Counted from the stretch's first letter, positions 8,303-16,935 are shown. The stretch: DNA of 64,000 nucleotides from Clostridia bacterium (GCA_017428025.1 JAFRRO010000049.1:146152-210151); one strand, 5' to 3'. The notes: generated by a model not told the origin, from the sequence alone. A program made the numbers and translations.

Positions 8303-9506
8303 CGATTTGATTCTCCTTATCTTTGTTTTTACGGAACAAGCGTTCGATTGCGAACGCAATTCGTTCGATTTTTGTAAGACGTCCGATCTGCAGGGCAAGC
8401 TCGGTGATCACAAGCGCCGCACCGATGTCGGCGAGCACATGCTGCTTGACAAAGAGGATGCTGAAGCAGACGAGGATCAGAAACGCCAGATTGAACCAAC
8501 GGTACCATTTGGGAATCCGTTCGCAGCCGAATGTACCGCGCCAACAGAGATAGCTGATCACGACATGGAAGGACGGGCAGAGGTTCACAGGCGCATCGAT
8601 GATGTACAAGCCGCGCATCCAGTCATTGAACAGTCCGGGTTCCGTCACTTCGGGACGCTGCATCGTGACCGGATAAGCAAGGAAACAGACTGTAGACAGG
8701 ATGCAGATGATCGTATAGACGCCGCACAGACGGTATGCGTGCTGTTTGTCTTCCATCAGGATCCAGATAATGCTGATGAGCCAGGAGAGGAACGACGCAT
8801 AGTATACGATGATCCATGCGGGCATAAACGGGATCTTTCCGTCCAGCGCCGTGCTGAGATCATGCACGGGAAGATACTGCAAGAACGGACGCGTGCCGTA
8901 GAATACAAGGAGATCGATCGTAAGAAGATATGCAAAACAGATCCATACATACGGAGGAAAGAGGTCCTTAAACGTACGATGCTCGCTTTGTTCGATGGAT
9001 TGTTCCTTCTTGTCCATGAAAAAGGTAGGGCGCTTATTGATTGCAAACAGCAGCAGCATGCCGAGAATGCCGCAGCAGACGAACTCGCCGATGAAAACGG
9101 TAAGTCCCAAAAACCACCAGGCGTCTTCGAATCCGTACGCATAGCGCAGCACAAACGGGACGATAATCGTATTGGCAAGGATCGGCGGAACGGGCGCGAG
9201 CCATTTGTATTTCCGCAGCGTATATGTAAGAAGCGCACCGATCAGCGTTGCGACGGTACCGAAAACAACATCCCAGATGACCGCTCCGGTCAAAAGGTTC
9301 GAAAGGAAACAGCCGATCACAAGTCCGGGAATCGCCGCGGACGTGAAGAACGGAAGGATCGTCAGCGCTTCGGAGATGCGAAACTGGATCACGTTCGTTC
9401 CGGACAGACCGAACTGCGCGGAAAGCTCGGTCAATACAACATACAGAGCAGCGATAAACGCAGCTTTTGTGATGTAGCTTGCTGTGTACTTGTTTGATTT
9501 TGACAT
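8292..9506 (-). CDS. queT: Fusion protein: QueT queuosine-precursor transporter domain (N) plus PAP2-superfamily membrane phosphatase-like domain (C)
   Basis: N-terminal ~165 aa (AALYVVLTELS..QFRISEALTILPFF..) is QueT-like. The C-terminal ~230 aa carries PSFHVV and KQHVLADIGAAL motifs typical of PAP2_3-type proteins. It is a single uninterrupted ORF. Confidence 0.7.
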   Translation of the reverse strand: MSKSNKYTASYITKAAFIAALYVVLTELSAQFGLSGTNVIQFRISEALTILPFFTSAAIPGLVIGCFLSNLLTGAVIWDVVFGTVATLIGALLTYTLRKYKWLAPVPPILANTIIVPFVLRYAYGFEDAWWFLGLTVFIGEFVCCGILGMLLLFAINKRPTFFMDKKEQSIEQSEHRTFKDLFPPYVWICFAYLLTIDLLVFYGTRPFLQYLPVHDLSTALDGKIPFMPAWIIVYYASFLSWLISIIWILMEDKQHAYRLCGVYTIICILSTVCFLAYPVTMQRPEVTEPGLFNDWMRGLYIIDAPVNLCPSFHVVISYLCWRGTFGCERIPKWYRWFNLAFLILVCFSILFVKQHVLADIGAALVITELALQIGRLTKIERIAFAIERLFRKNKDKENQIDAT

Positions 9507-9511
9507 AGGAT

Positions 9512-9553
9512 ACCCCGTAGTTTTGTTTTACGTGAGGATGGTTCCGAACTCAC
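9512..9553 (-). promoter_or_regulatory. preQ1-I riboswitch (translational, SD-sequestering type)
   Basis: Minus strand reads GUGAG-UUCGGAACCAUC-CUCAC-GUAAAACAAAACUACGGGG followed by UAUCCU-AUG. This is a 5-bp P1, a loop starting UUC and an A-rich AACAAAACUA tail as in the B. subtilis and T. tengcongensis preQ1-I aptamers. It sits directly before queT. Confidence 0.7.
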
Positions 9554-9560
9554 TTTGCAT

Positions 9561-9589
9561 ATTCTAACACATTTCGGCAGAATATGCAA
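9561..9589 (-). promoter_or_regulatory. Sigma-A type promoter driving the riboswitch-queT transcript
   Basis: Minus strand reads TTGCAT-17 nt-TAGAAT, about 8 nt upstream of the aptamer. Confidence 0.65.
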
Positions 9590-9601
9590 TCTTTCTTCCG
9601 A

Positions 9602-10111
9602 TTATTTGCCGAAGACGCGTCGAAAGATCGCCCCGGCGCAGTCCGCTGCCGACGCCGCACCCGTGTCGACCGTGAGATCGTAGCCGTCCTTCGGATAGAG
9701 ATACCGGTACGAAGCCTCGGCGGAACCGACATAGCGATCGTCTCTTTTGCGTTCGCGCTCATTGAGGATCGCGGGCGGACAGTCGACATGCACCGCAAAG
9801 ACGCGCTCCGGACGGAACGCCGCAACGAGCTGCCTAAAGATGCGTTCGCTTGTGATGACGTGATCGACGATCACGCCGTCCGATGCGTCGCGGGTGCGAA
9901 CGGCGCATTCGCAGAGCTTTGCGGATATCGCAAAGACGTCGTCCTCGTAGATCGGCTCGTCGTTCGACAGTACCTCCGGCATGAAGTCGTCGATCGAAAC
10001 GATCCCGTATTGCTCGTTCCGCCGTTCGGCGATCAGCATCTTCAGCGTCGAAGCAAGCGTCGACTTTCCGCTGCTCGACGGTCCGTTCAAAAGAATAATC
10101 TGTTTATTCAT
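9602..10111 (-). CDS. Chloramphenicol-phosphotransferase-like (CPT family) P-loop kinase
   Basis: MNKQIILLNGPSSSGKSTLA Walker A and ~170 aa size typical of the CPT/AAA_33 family. Confidence 0.55.
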   Translation of the reverse strand: MNKQIILLNGPSSSGKSTLASTLKMLIAERRNEQYGIVSIDDFMPEVLSNDEPIYEDDVFAISAKLCECAVRTRDASDGVIVDHVITSERIFRQLVAAFRPERVFAVHVDCPPAILNERERKRDDRYVGSAEASYRYLYPKDGYDLTVDTGAASAADCAGAIFRRVFGK

Positions 10112-10117
10112 GTACGT

Positions 10118-10648
10118 TCACTTCGTAAGGTCGATCCAGTATCGTCTCAGAAGATGGCGACCTTCGGCGTCGTTATACGCTTCGATCGTGTCGTCGAGCA
10201 CGCCGCCCATTTGTTCGCATATATGGATGGAAGCCTTGTTTTGATCGTTGATCGTCAGTAGGACTTTTTCCATGCCGTGCCGTTTTGCAAGCTCCAGACC
10301 GAGGCGGAGGATCGCTTTGCCGTATCCTTTTCCCTGTTCGGACACCCGGACGGCATAACCGATGCTGCCGATCTCCGACAGGACCTTTTCGGGAAACTCG
10401 GTGCGGAGCTGAAACTCGCCGATGAATTTCCCATCGTCGACCGCCCAGTAGTGAAAGCTGACAGGCTGACCTTCGATCAGTCCGCGTTCCTTCCTGTCAT
10501 ACCATGATTTTGTACGAAAAAACCAGTCGTCATCGATGCTATCCGGATTCGTAGGTCTGAAATAGGCGACATGGTTTTCATACAGCTCCCGACAGTATGC
10601 TTTGTACCCTTCCGTGTATTCGGGACATCTCCTGATCAGCTCTATCAT
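10118..10648 (-). CDS. GNAT-family N-acetyltransferase
   Basis: ..IGYAVRVSEQGKGYGKAILRLGLELAKRHGMEKVLLT.. acetyl-CoA binding motif A. Confidence 0.7.
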   Translation of the reverse strand: MIELIRRCPEYTEGYKAYCRELYENHVAYFRPTNPDSIDDDWFFRTKSWYDRKERGLIEGQPVSFHYWAVDDGKFIGEFQLRTEFPEKVLSEIGSIGYAVRVSEQGKGYGKAILRLGLELAKRHGMEKVLLTINDQNKASIHICEQMGGVLDDTIEAYNDAEGRHLLRRYWIDLTK

Positions 10649-10879
10649 ACGCTCCCCTCAACCCATGCCGGGTGATGATCCGATCTCCGTATCACCGCAA
10701 ATTTCCTGCTCCATGATACCATTTAGAAAAACGCTTGTAAAGTGATGATTGCGGATTAGAAAAGTATGAAACTGCGGCTAAACGGAAGAATTCGAACCTC
10801 GAAAAAAGGAATGATATATCGCTGCGCGATATCATCCCGAAGGGATATCATTCGTTCCGCACCGGAACGGACATCATTG

Positions 10880-10905
10880 AAAAAGCAGCCTTTCGGCTGC
10901 TTTTT
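10880..10905. terminator. Bidirectional hairpin terminator immediately downstream of tRNA-Ser
   Basis: aaaaagcagcc-tttc-ggctgcttttt. Confidence 0.75.
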
Positions 10906-10907
10906 CA

Positions 10908-11001
10908 TGGCGGAGACGGTGGGATTCGAACCCACGGACCGGCTCATCACCAGTCAAACGATTTCGAGTCGTTCTCGTTATGACCACTTCGATACGTCTC
11001 C
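10908..11001 (-). tRNA. tRNA-Ser (anticodon CGA), class II with long variable arm, CCA encoded
   Basis: Minus strand reads GGAGACG..AACGA-CUCGAAA-UCGUU..GACUGG-UGAUGAG-CCGGUC..GUGGG-UUCGAAU-CCCAC-CGUCUCC-G-CCA. There is a 7-bp acceptor, and the anticodon loop gives CGA. Confidence 0.9.
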
Positions 11002-11059
11002 AAGGGGTGTGCTTGCGGCACAATCGGTAGTATAACGCATCCGATGCAAAAAAGCAAGT

Positions 11060-11510
11060 TCAAAATTCTTTCGTACGCAAATTTGCAAAGAACGCGGACA
11101 GCAGCGCTGCACATTCCGTTTCACAGACGCCGCCGACCGTTTCGACGGTGTGTTCAAACCAGTGATCCCCGAGGTCGATTCTCGAGCCGCAGCATCCGTT
11201 TTGTTTATCGAACGCACCGTAGACAAGGCGGGGGAGCTTGAGATGGATCATTGCGCCCGCACACATTGCGCACGGTTCCATCGTGACATACAGCGTGCAG
11301 CCTTTGAGCGAACCGAACTCTGCGTACGCCTGACGCATTGCAAGGAGTTCCGCATGCGCCGTCGGATCGTGCAGCACTTCGCAACGGTTATGCGAGCGAC
11401 AGGCAATGCGTCCGTCTTTGACGATCACCGCTCCGACGGGGACTTCGCCTTCCTTAAATGCAGATTGTGCTTCTTTTAAGGCTTCCTGCATCCAGTCTCG
11501 GTCATTCACG
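11060..11510 (-). CDS. tadA: tRNA adenosine(34) deaminase
   Basis: HAELLAM and PCAMCAGAM zinc motifs. Start proposed at GTG 11510 (VNDRDWMQEAL) 8 nt after AGGAGGTG; the annotated longer ORF overlaps truA. Confidence 0.85.
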
Positions 11511-12272
11511 GGAAAGCACCTCCTGCGTGTCAAAACCCGGGTAGACAACGCGCATCAGACATAGACCGTGCGCCGGAGCCGTTGCGCCCGCCTGTTTTCT
11601 GTCTTTCGATTCAAGCGCTTTCTGCATATCCGAAACGGGACGCTTTCCGCTGCCGATTTCCAGCATCGTGCCGACGAGGATGCGGACCATGTTGTAGAGA
11701 AACCCGTTTCCCGTAACGGAATACACCCAGAGATTGCCGTTCTTGGTCCATTCGGACTGCGTGATCGCTCGGACGGTGTTTTCCATCTCGCTGTCGGAAC
11801 ACTTGAACGCTGCAAAGTCGTGCGTGCCGATCACGGCGGAAGCCGCCTGCTGCATGGCGTCAAAATCCGGTGTGACATGCAGATGCAGCGAATACAGGCG
11901 TGAAAACACGTCCGCATGCGTGCCGACCTGAACGGTATAAGCATATTGCTTTTGCTTTGCGGAAAAACGCGCATGAAATGCCGGATCGCATTCTTCCGAA
12001 TACAGCACGCGGATATCCGGCGGCAGATGCATATTCATCGCGATCGCAAACTTGTCCGCCGCCATGCGTACGCCGGTGTCAAAGTGCGCAACCTGCGCTC
12101 TGGCATGTACGCCGCTGTCCGTTCTGCCGGAGCCTTCGACGCGAATCCGTTCGTCGGTGAGTTCGTTCAGCGCGCGTTCGAGATGCGCCTGAACGGAGAT
12201 TCCGTTCGGCTGCACCTGCCAGCCGACGTAGTTTGTTCCGTCATATGCAACGATGATTCGAATCCGTCTCAT
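11502..12272 (-). CDS. truA: tRNA pseudouridine(38-40) synthase
   Basis: MRRIRIIVAYDGTNYVGWQVQPN...GSGRTDSGVHA catalytic Asp motif. Confidence 0.9.
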   Translation of the reverse strand: MRRIRIIVAYDGTNYVGWQVQPNGISVQAHLERALNELTDERIRVEGSGRTDSGVHARAQVAHFDTGVRMAADKFAIAMNMHLPPDIRVLYSEECDPAFHARFSAKQKQYAYTVQVGTHADVFSRLYSLHLHVTPDFDAMQQAASAVIGTHDFAAFKCSDSEMENTVRAITQSEWTKNGNLWVYSVTGNGFLYNMVRILVGTMLEIGSGKRPVSDMQKALESKDRKQAGATAPAHGLCLMRVVYPGFDTQEVLSRE

Positions 12273-13072
12273 TTGAACAGCACCAACAGCACAATCAGTA
12301 CGGCGATAAATGCGAGCGAAATCAAGAGCGCAAACAGATCGGCTTTTGTGAACCGAAGCTGATGCATTCTGGTTCTGCCTTCACCGCCGTGGTAGCAGCG
12401 GGATTCCATCGCGGTTGCAAGCTCGTCCGCCTTGCGGAACGAGGAGACGAACAGCGGAATCAGAATCGGGATCATGCTCTTGACTCTGCGGAAGATATTG
12501 CCGCTTTCGAAATCCGCGCCGCGCGCCATCTGCGCGTTGCGAATTTTCTCAGATTCATCCATCAGAGTCGGAATGAACCGAAGCGCGATCGTCATCATCA
12601 TCGCAAGCTCGTGCGCGGGGAAGTGAAAGACCTTCAGCGGCGTCAATAGCTTTTCGATGCCGTCGGTCAGAGCGATCGGGGAGGTCGTCAGCGTCAGCAT
12701 CGATGCGCCTGCCACCAGAAGAACGATGCGAATCGTCATGAAGAACGATTGCAGAATGGCTTCGAGCGTCAGCTTCCAGAATCCGAGATCCAAAAGTACG
12801 GTTTCTCCGCCGGTAAAGATCAGGTTCAGCAGGAACATGAACACCAAAAGGAACCGGATCGGCTTCAGAGACCTACCGATGTATTTCAGCGAGATACGCG
12901 AAAGCAGCAGTCCCATGATCAGGAACGCAAGCGGAATCGCAAAGAAATAGATGCGCTTGACAAGAAACGTCATCACGATGTACAGAAGCATGATCGTGAT
13001 CTTGGTACGCGGATCGAGCTTATGTACGATCGAATTTCCGGCGACAAACTGTCCGAGGGTGATATCACGCAT
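12269..13072 (-). CDS. ecfT: ECF transporter transmembrane (T) component
   Basis: CbiQ/EcfT-like membrane protein following two EcfA ATPase genes. ARG..ES motif region (AQMARGADFESG). Confidence 0.85.
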   Translation of the reverse strand: MRDITLGQFVAGNSIVHKLDPRTKITIMLLYIVMTFLVKRIYFFAIPLAFLIMGLLLSRISLKYIGRSLKPIRFLLVFMFLLNLIFTGGETVLLDLGFWKLTLEAILQSFFMTIRIVLLVAGASMLTLTTSPIALTDGIEKLLTPLKVFHFPAHELAMMMTIALRFIPTLMDESEKIRNAQMARGADFESGNIFRRVKSMIPILIPLFVSSFRKADELATAMESRCYHGGEGRTRMHQLRFTKADLFALLISLAFIAVLIVLLVLFK

Positions 13073-13916
13073 GGTGTTTTACCCCCTTGAACCAGTCGAG
13101 AAGCGCAGCTTCCGTGCAGATCGTCGTCGGAATCGAAATGCCGCGCTTATTCATTTCCGTACAGATCTTTGTGACGTTCGGAACGGAAAGACCGAGCGAC
13201 TCGAGCTTGTCCGCATGTGAGAACACATTCTGCGGCGTGTCGAGCATCGCAATTTCTCCCTTTTCCAGAACAAGCACCTTCGTCGCATGACGCGCGATAT
13301 CGTCCATGGAATGCGAGATCATGATGACCGTGCAGCCGGATTCGCGGCGAATCTGCTCCAGAAGAGCCAGGATATTTCCGCGTCCCTTCGGATCGAGACC
13401 TGCCATCGGTTCGTCAAGGACGAGATACTTCGGCTCCATGGAGAGCACGCCCGCAATCGCGGTGCGTCTGCGCTCGCCGCCGGAAAGCTCAAACGGAGAA
13501 CGTTTGGAAAAGCGCTCATAATCCAGACCGACAAGTTCCATCGCATGACGAACGCGCCGGTCGATTTCCGGTTCTTCCAGTTTCATGTTTTTCGGACCGA
13601 ACGCGATGTCCTCCGCAACGGATTCCGCAAACAGCTGATATTCCGGATACTGGAATACCATGCCTACAAGCTCGCGCGCGCGTCTGCGCTCGGCTTTTTC
13701 GGACAGGTCGTGACCGTCCACCAGAACGGTATCTTTTTCGCTCGGCAATAGTCCGTTTAGATGCTGAACAAAGGTGGATTTTCCGCTGCCGGTATGACCG
13801 ATGATCCCGAGAAACTCACCTTCTTCGATCGTGAAAGTGAGATCCTTGAGTGTCGGCGCAAGGCGCTTTCCGCCTTCGGTATATGCGAATGTCAGATGGT
13901 TTATAACAATGGACAT
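13065..13916 (-). CDS. ecfA2: ECF transporter ATPase component A2
   Basis: Walker A GHTGSGKST and ABC signature LSGGERRR, in the ecfA-ecfA'-ecfT-truA synteny. Confidence 0.85.
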   Translation of the reverse strand: MSIVINHLTFAYTEGGKRLAPTLKDLTFTIEEGEFLGIIGHTGSGKSTFVQHLNGLLPSEKDTVLVDGHDLSEKAERRRARELVGMVFQYPEYQLFAESVAEDIAFGPKNMKLEEPEIDRRVRHAMELVGLDYERFSKRSPFELSGGERRRTAIAGVLSMEPKYLVLDEPMAGLDPKGRGNILALLEQIRRESGCTVIMISHSMDDIARHATKVLVLEKGEIAMLDTPQNVFSHADKLESLGLSVPNVTKICTEMNKRGISIPTTICTEAALLDWFKGVKHHA

Positions 13917-14719
13917 ACTGCCTCCGCAAGCTGTTCGGCGTTGAGGACGGAATCGGGAATAGAATACCCGAGTTCGCGCAGCGCGTTTCGAACCTTTACC
14001 GTTTCCGGCGGGACGAGATTGCTCTCGGCAAGCAGTTCAACCTCGGAAAATACCGCTTTTGGCGTATCGTCACAGACGACTTTCCCGTGATTCATCACGA
14101 CAATTCGATCGCATTCGGTCGTTTCTTCCATGTATTGCGTCACCATCAGAACGGTCATTCCCGTTTTATGAAGCGATTTTACGGTATCGATCAGTTCCTT
14201 CCTGCCGCTCGGATCGAGCATTGCGGTCGCTTCGTCCAATACGAGAATGCGCGGCTTCAGAGCAAGAATGCCGGCGATCGCAATGCGCTGTTTCTGTCCG
14301 CCCGAGAGATGGTGGACCGCTTTTTCCGCATAGTTCGTCATGCCGACCGATGCGAGCGCCTCGTCGACGCGCGAACGGATTTCGTTCGGTTCGATTCCGA
14401 GATTTTCGGGACCGAACGCAACGTCCTCCTCGACGATCGTCGTTACCAGCTGGTTGTCGGGATTCTGAAACGCCATGCCGACCTGCTGACGGATGGGCAG
14501 GATGTTCTCTTCGAGATTCGTTTGAAGACCGCAGACGGTTACGGTGCCGGAAGACGGCAGTAAAAGTCCGTTGATATGCTTGGCAAGCGTGCTTTTGCCG
14601 CTTCCGTTATGACCGACGATCGCAACAAATGAACCCTCCTCGATCCGGAGAGAGACGTCGCAGAGCGCAGGCTCGTCTGCGTTTTCGTATCGGAATGTTA
14701 CATGGTCGAATTGAATCAT
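13901..14719 (-). CDS. ecfA1: ECF transporter ATPase component A1
   Basis: Walker A GHNGSGKST and ABC signature LSGGQKQR. Confidence 0.85.
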   Translation of the reverse strand: MIQFDHVTFRYENADEPALCDVSLRIEEGSFVAIVGHNGSGKSTLAKHINGLLLPSSGTVTVCGLQTNLEENILPIRQQVGMAFQNPDNQLVTTIVEEDVAFGPENLGIEPNEIRSRVDEALASVGMTNYAEKAVHHLSGGQKQRIAIAGILALKPRILVLDEATAMLDPSGRKELIDTVKSLHKTGMTVLMVTQYMEETTECDRIVVMNHGKVVCDDTPKAVFSEVELLAESNLVPPETVKVRNALRELGYSIPDSVLNAEQLAEAVCPLL

Positions 14720-14820
14720 GAAAGCTCCGTTTCAATCGATAATTTCACAGAATTAGAGTATACATTAGGACTGTTCATTTTTCAAGAGATTTGTTATAAT
14801 TTGATCGGGAGGATACCGTT

Positions 14821-16173
14821 ATGCTGACACGCTTGCAACAAATCCACACGCTGGTTACCTGTGATCCGTTCGATCATGTTTTCCGAAACGTCGATCTGTG
14901 GTTCGAAGACGGAAGAATCGTCAGAATCGGTTCGTTCGACAGAACGCCGGACCGGATCTTCGATTGCAGAAACATGATTGTCTATCCGGGGCTCATAAAT
15001 GTACATCATCACCTCTATCAATACTTTACGCGCAATCTCAAAAAGGTTCAGAACTACGAGCTGTTCGACTGGCTGAAAGCGCTGTACGGCGTCTGGAAGA
15101 ATCTGAATGCCGATACGGTTCTTTTGAGTTCAACTGCCGGTATGGCGGAGCTGATGCGGTACGGCTGCACGACCTGTTTCGATCATCATTACGTGTTTCC
15201 GAACGGCTGCACCGATCTGTTGGGCGCGCAGTTTGAAGCGGCAAAGCATCTTGGCATCCGCATGCACGCTTCGCGCGGAAGCATGGACCTCTCGGAGAAG
15301 GACGGAGGACTGCCGCCGGATTCGGTCGTTCAGACGGTCGATGAAATCCTGAAGGACAGCGAGGAGTCAATTTGCCGATACCATGACGCTTCGGATCTTT
15401 CCATACGTCAGGTCGTGATCGCACCGTGCTCGCCGTTTTCCGCTTCCGAAACGCTCTATCGCGAAAGCGCCGTTCTGGCGCGCAAATACGGTGTGAGGCT
15501 GCATACACACCTCTGCGAAACGAAGGATGAAGAGACATATACGACGTCGCGCTTCGGTAACAGACCGTTTGCATATCTGGAATCGCTCGGCTGGACCGGA
15601 CCGGATGTGTTCTATGCGCACGGAATCCATTTCAACGACGAGGAGCTTGACCGTATTGCCGAAACGCAGACGAAAGTCGCGCACTGTCCCTGTTCAAACA
15701 TGAAGCTTTCGAGCGGCGTCATGCGGCTTCCGGATATGCTCGAGCGCGGCATCGACGTGGGACTTGCCGTTGACGGTTCCGCAAGCAACGACGGAAGCAA
15801 TCTGATGGATGAAATGCGCGCCGCATATCTGATGCATCGGCTGCACTGGGGAGACCGGGCGCCGAGCGGGTACCGGATTCTGAAACTTGCAACCGTCGGA
15901 AGCGCAAAGGTGCTCGGAAGAACCGATCTCGGCTCGATCGAGGAGGGGAAGGCGGCGGACGTTTTTGCGATCCGTTCCGACCGTTCCGATCTGCTTTGCG
16001 CGATCGACGATCCGACGACGCTGTTCGGAACCGTCGGATATCACAAGCCTTGCGATCTGGTTTTCGTCAACGGCAATCTGACCGTCAAGGACGGCGTTGT
16101 CCTCGGAACAGACGAGCCGAAACTGATCGAACAATCCGAACGGGAACTGCAGCGGTTTCTCCGAAATCTGTAA
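14821..16173 (+). CDS. Amidohydrolase-superfamily aminohydrolase, 8-oxoguanine deaminase / SsnA-like
   Basis: PGLINVHHHLYQYFTRNL..LFDWLKALYGVWKNL..GCTTCFDHHY..HTHLCETKDE..GLAVDGSASND metal-ligand pattern of guanine/8-oxoguanine deaminase-like enzymes. TGtTATAAT extended -10 at 14792-14800. Confidence 0.65.
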   Translation: MLTRLQQIHTLVTCDPFDHVFRNVDLWFEDGRIVRIGSFDRTPDRIFDCRNMIVYPGLINVHHHLYQYFTRNLKKVQNYELFDWLKALYGVWKNLNADTVLLSSTAGMAELMRYGCTTCFDHHYVFPNGCTDLLGAQFEAAKHLGIRMHASRGSMDLSEKDGGLPPDSVVQTVDEILKDSEESICRYHDASDLSIRQVVIAPCSPFSASETLYRESAVLARKYGVRLHTHLCETKDEETYTTSRFGNRPFAYLESLGWTGPDVFYAHGIHFNDEELDRIAETQTKVAHCPCSNMKLSSGVMRLPDMLERGIDVGLAVDGSASNDGSNLMDEMRAAYLMHRLHWGDRAPSGYRILKLATVGSAKVLGRTDLGSIEEGKAADVFAIRSDRSDLLCAIDDPTTLFGTVGYHKPCDLVFVNGNLTVKDGVVLGTDEPKLIEQSERELQRFLRNL

Positions 16174-16176
16174 AGA

Positions 16177-16198
16177 AAAGGCACCGAACGGTGCCTTT
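16177..16198. terminator. Bidirectional hairpin between amidohydrolase gene and birA
   Basis: aaaggcacc-gaac-ggtgccttt. Confidence 0.7.
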
Positions 16199-16935
16199 CA
16201 TAATACGCTCACGTCGCCGCGTTCTACGGCATGCACGGCGCCGTCCGATGTTTTGACAAGCAATCGAAAACTGTCGTCGATCCCGACGGCGATGCCGCGC
16301 TTGATGCCGTCCGTATCGGAGAAAAGAATCGATCGCTGATAAATCATCTGCCGTTCCCGATACAGCGGCAGAAACGGCGTTTCCGGAAGCTGTTCGTAAT
16401 AGAACTTGATGCGCTGCAGCATCTTTTGCAGAAAACTCCTGCGAAGCGCTTCATCCTGTTCCGAAGAAAACACGGCCGTCGCGGTGTCCTTGATGATATC
16501 CGGAAATCCGCCGACCGGTTCAAACAGATTGACGCCGATTCCGATCACAGCATACTGATAACTGCCGTCCGGCGCAAAGGCGCCTTCGGTCAGAATGCCG
16601 ACCGCTTTTTTATCGTTTACATAGATGTCGTTTACCCATTTGATGCGACTCAGGACCTGAAATCGATCGAGCGTTTCGGAAACGGCAACCGCGCCCATGC
16701 AGGTCAATGCGGCGGGAGGCAGGGGAACGGTTGGCCGCAGAAGAACGGAACAGTACAATCCGGTGCCCTTCGGCGAGAAGAACACGCGGTTCATTCGCCC
16801 TCTGCCGTTGGTCTGCTGCGATGCGACAAGCACGTAGCCTTCCGGCGCACCGGCTTTCGCAAGTTCTTTGACCGACGTGTTTGTGGATTTGACGGATTCG
16901 ACGGTATGAAGTTCAAACTGCAGCGGTCCCTGCAT
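16198..16935 (-). CDS. birA: Biotin--[acetyl-CoA-carboxylase] ligase, class I (no HTH domain)
   Basis: VESVKSTNT..QQTNGRGRMNRVFFSPKGTGLYCSVLL BPL motif. Only 245 aa, so no N-terminal repressor domain. Its ATG overlaps the orr stop (TGATG). Confidence 0.85.
   Translation of the reverse strand: MQGPLQFELHTVESVKSTNTSVKELAKAGAPEGYVLVASQQTNGRGRMNRVFFSPKGTGLYCSVLLRPTVPLPPAALTCMGAVAVSETLDRFQVLSRIKWVNDIYVNDKKAVGILTEGAFAPDGSYQYAVIGIGVNLFEPVGGFPDIIKDTATAVFSSEQDEALRRSFLQKMLQRIKFYYEQLPETPFLPLYRERQMIYQRSILFSDTDGIKRGIAVGIDDSFRLLVKTSDGAVHAVERGDVSVL

Noticed and set aside
10785-10803. tRNA-like T-arm fragment (gaattcgaacctc)
   Set aside because: The flanks do not form a T-stem, acceptor stem or anticodon arm. 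At most it is a decayed remnant, and it is mentioned within the spacer finding.
10649-10907. SRP RNA (ffs), which often follows tadA in Firmicutes
   Set aside because: The conserved domain IV sequence (GGUCCGGAAGGAAGCAGCC-like) is absent. Only loose resemblance (ccggaacgga, aagcagcc) is present.
10908-11001. Possibility that the long-variable-arm tRNA is tRNA-Sec (selC), given selD in the window
   Set aside because: The anticodon loop reads CUCGAAA, giving anticodon CGA (Ser) rather than UCA. The acceptor stem is 7 bp with normal class II Ser geometry.
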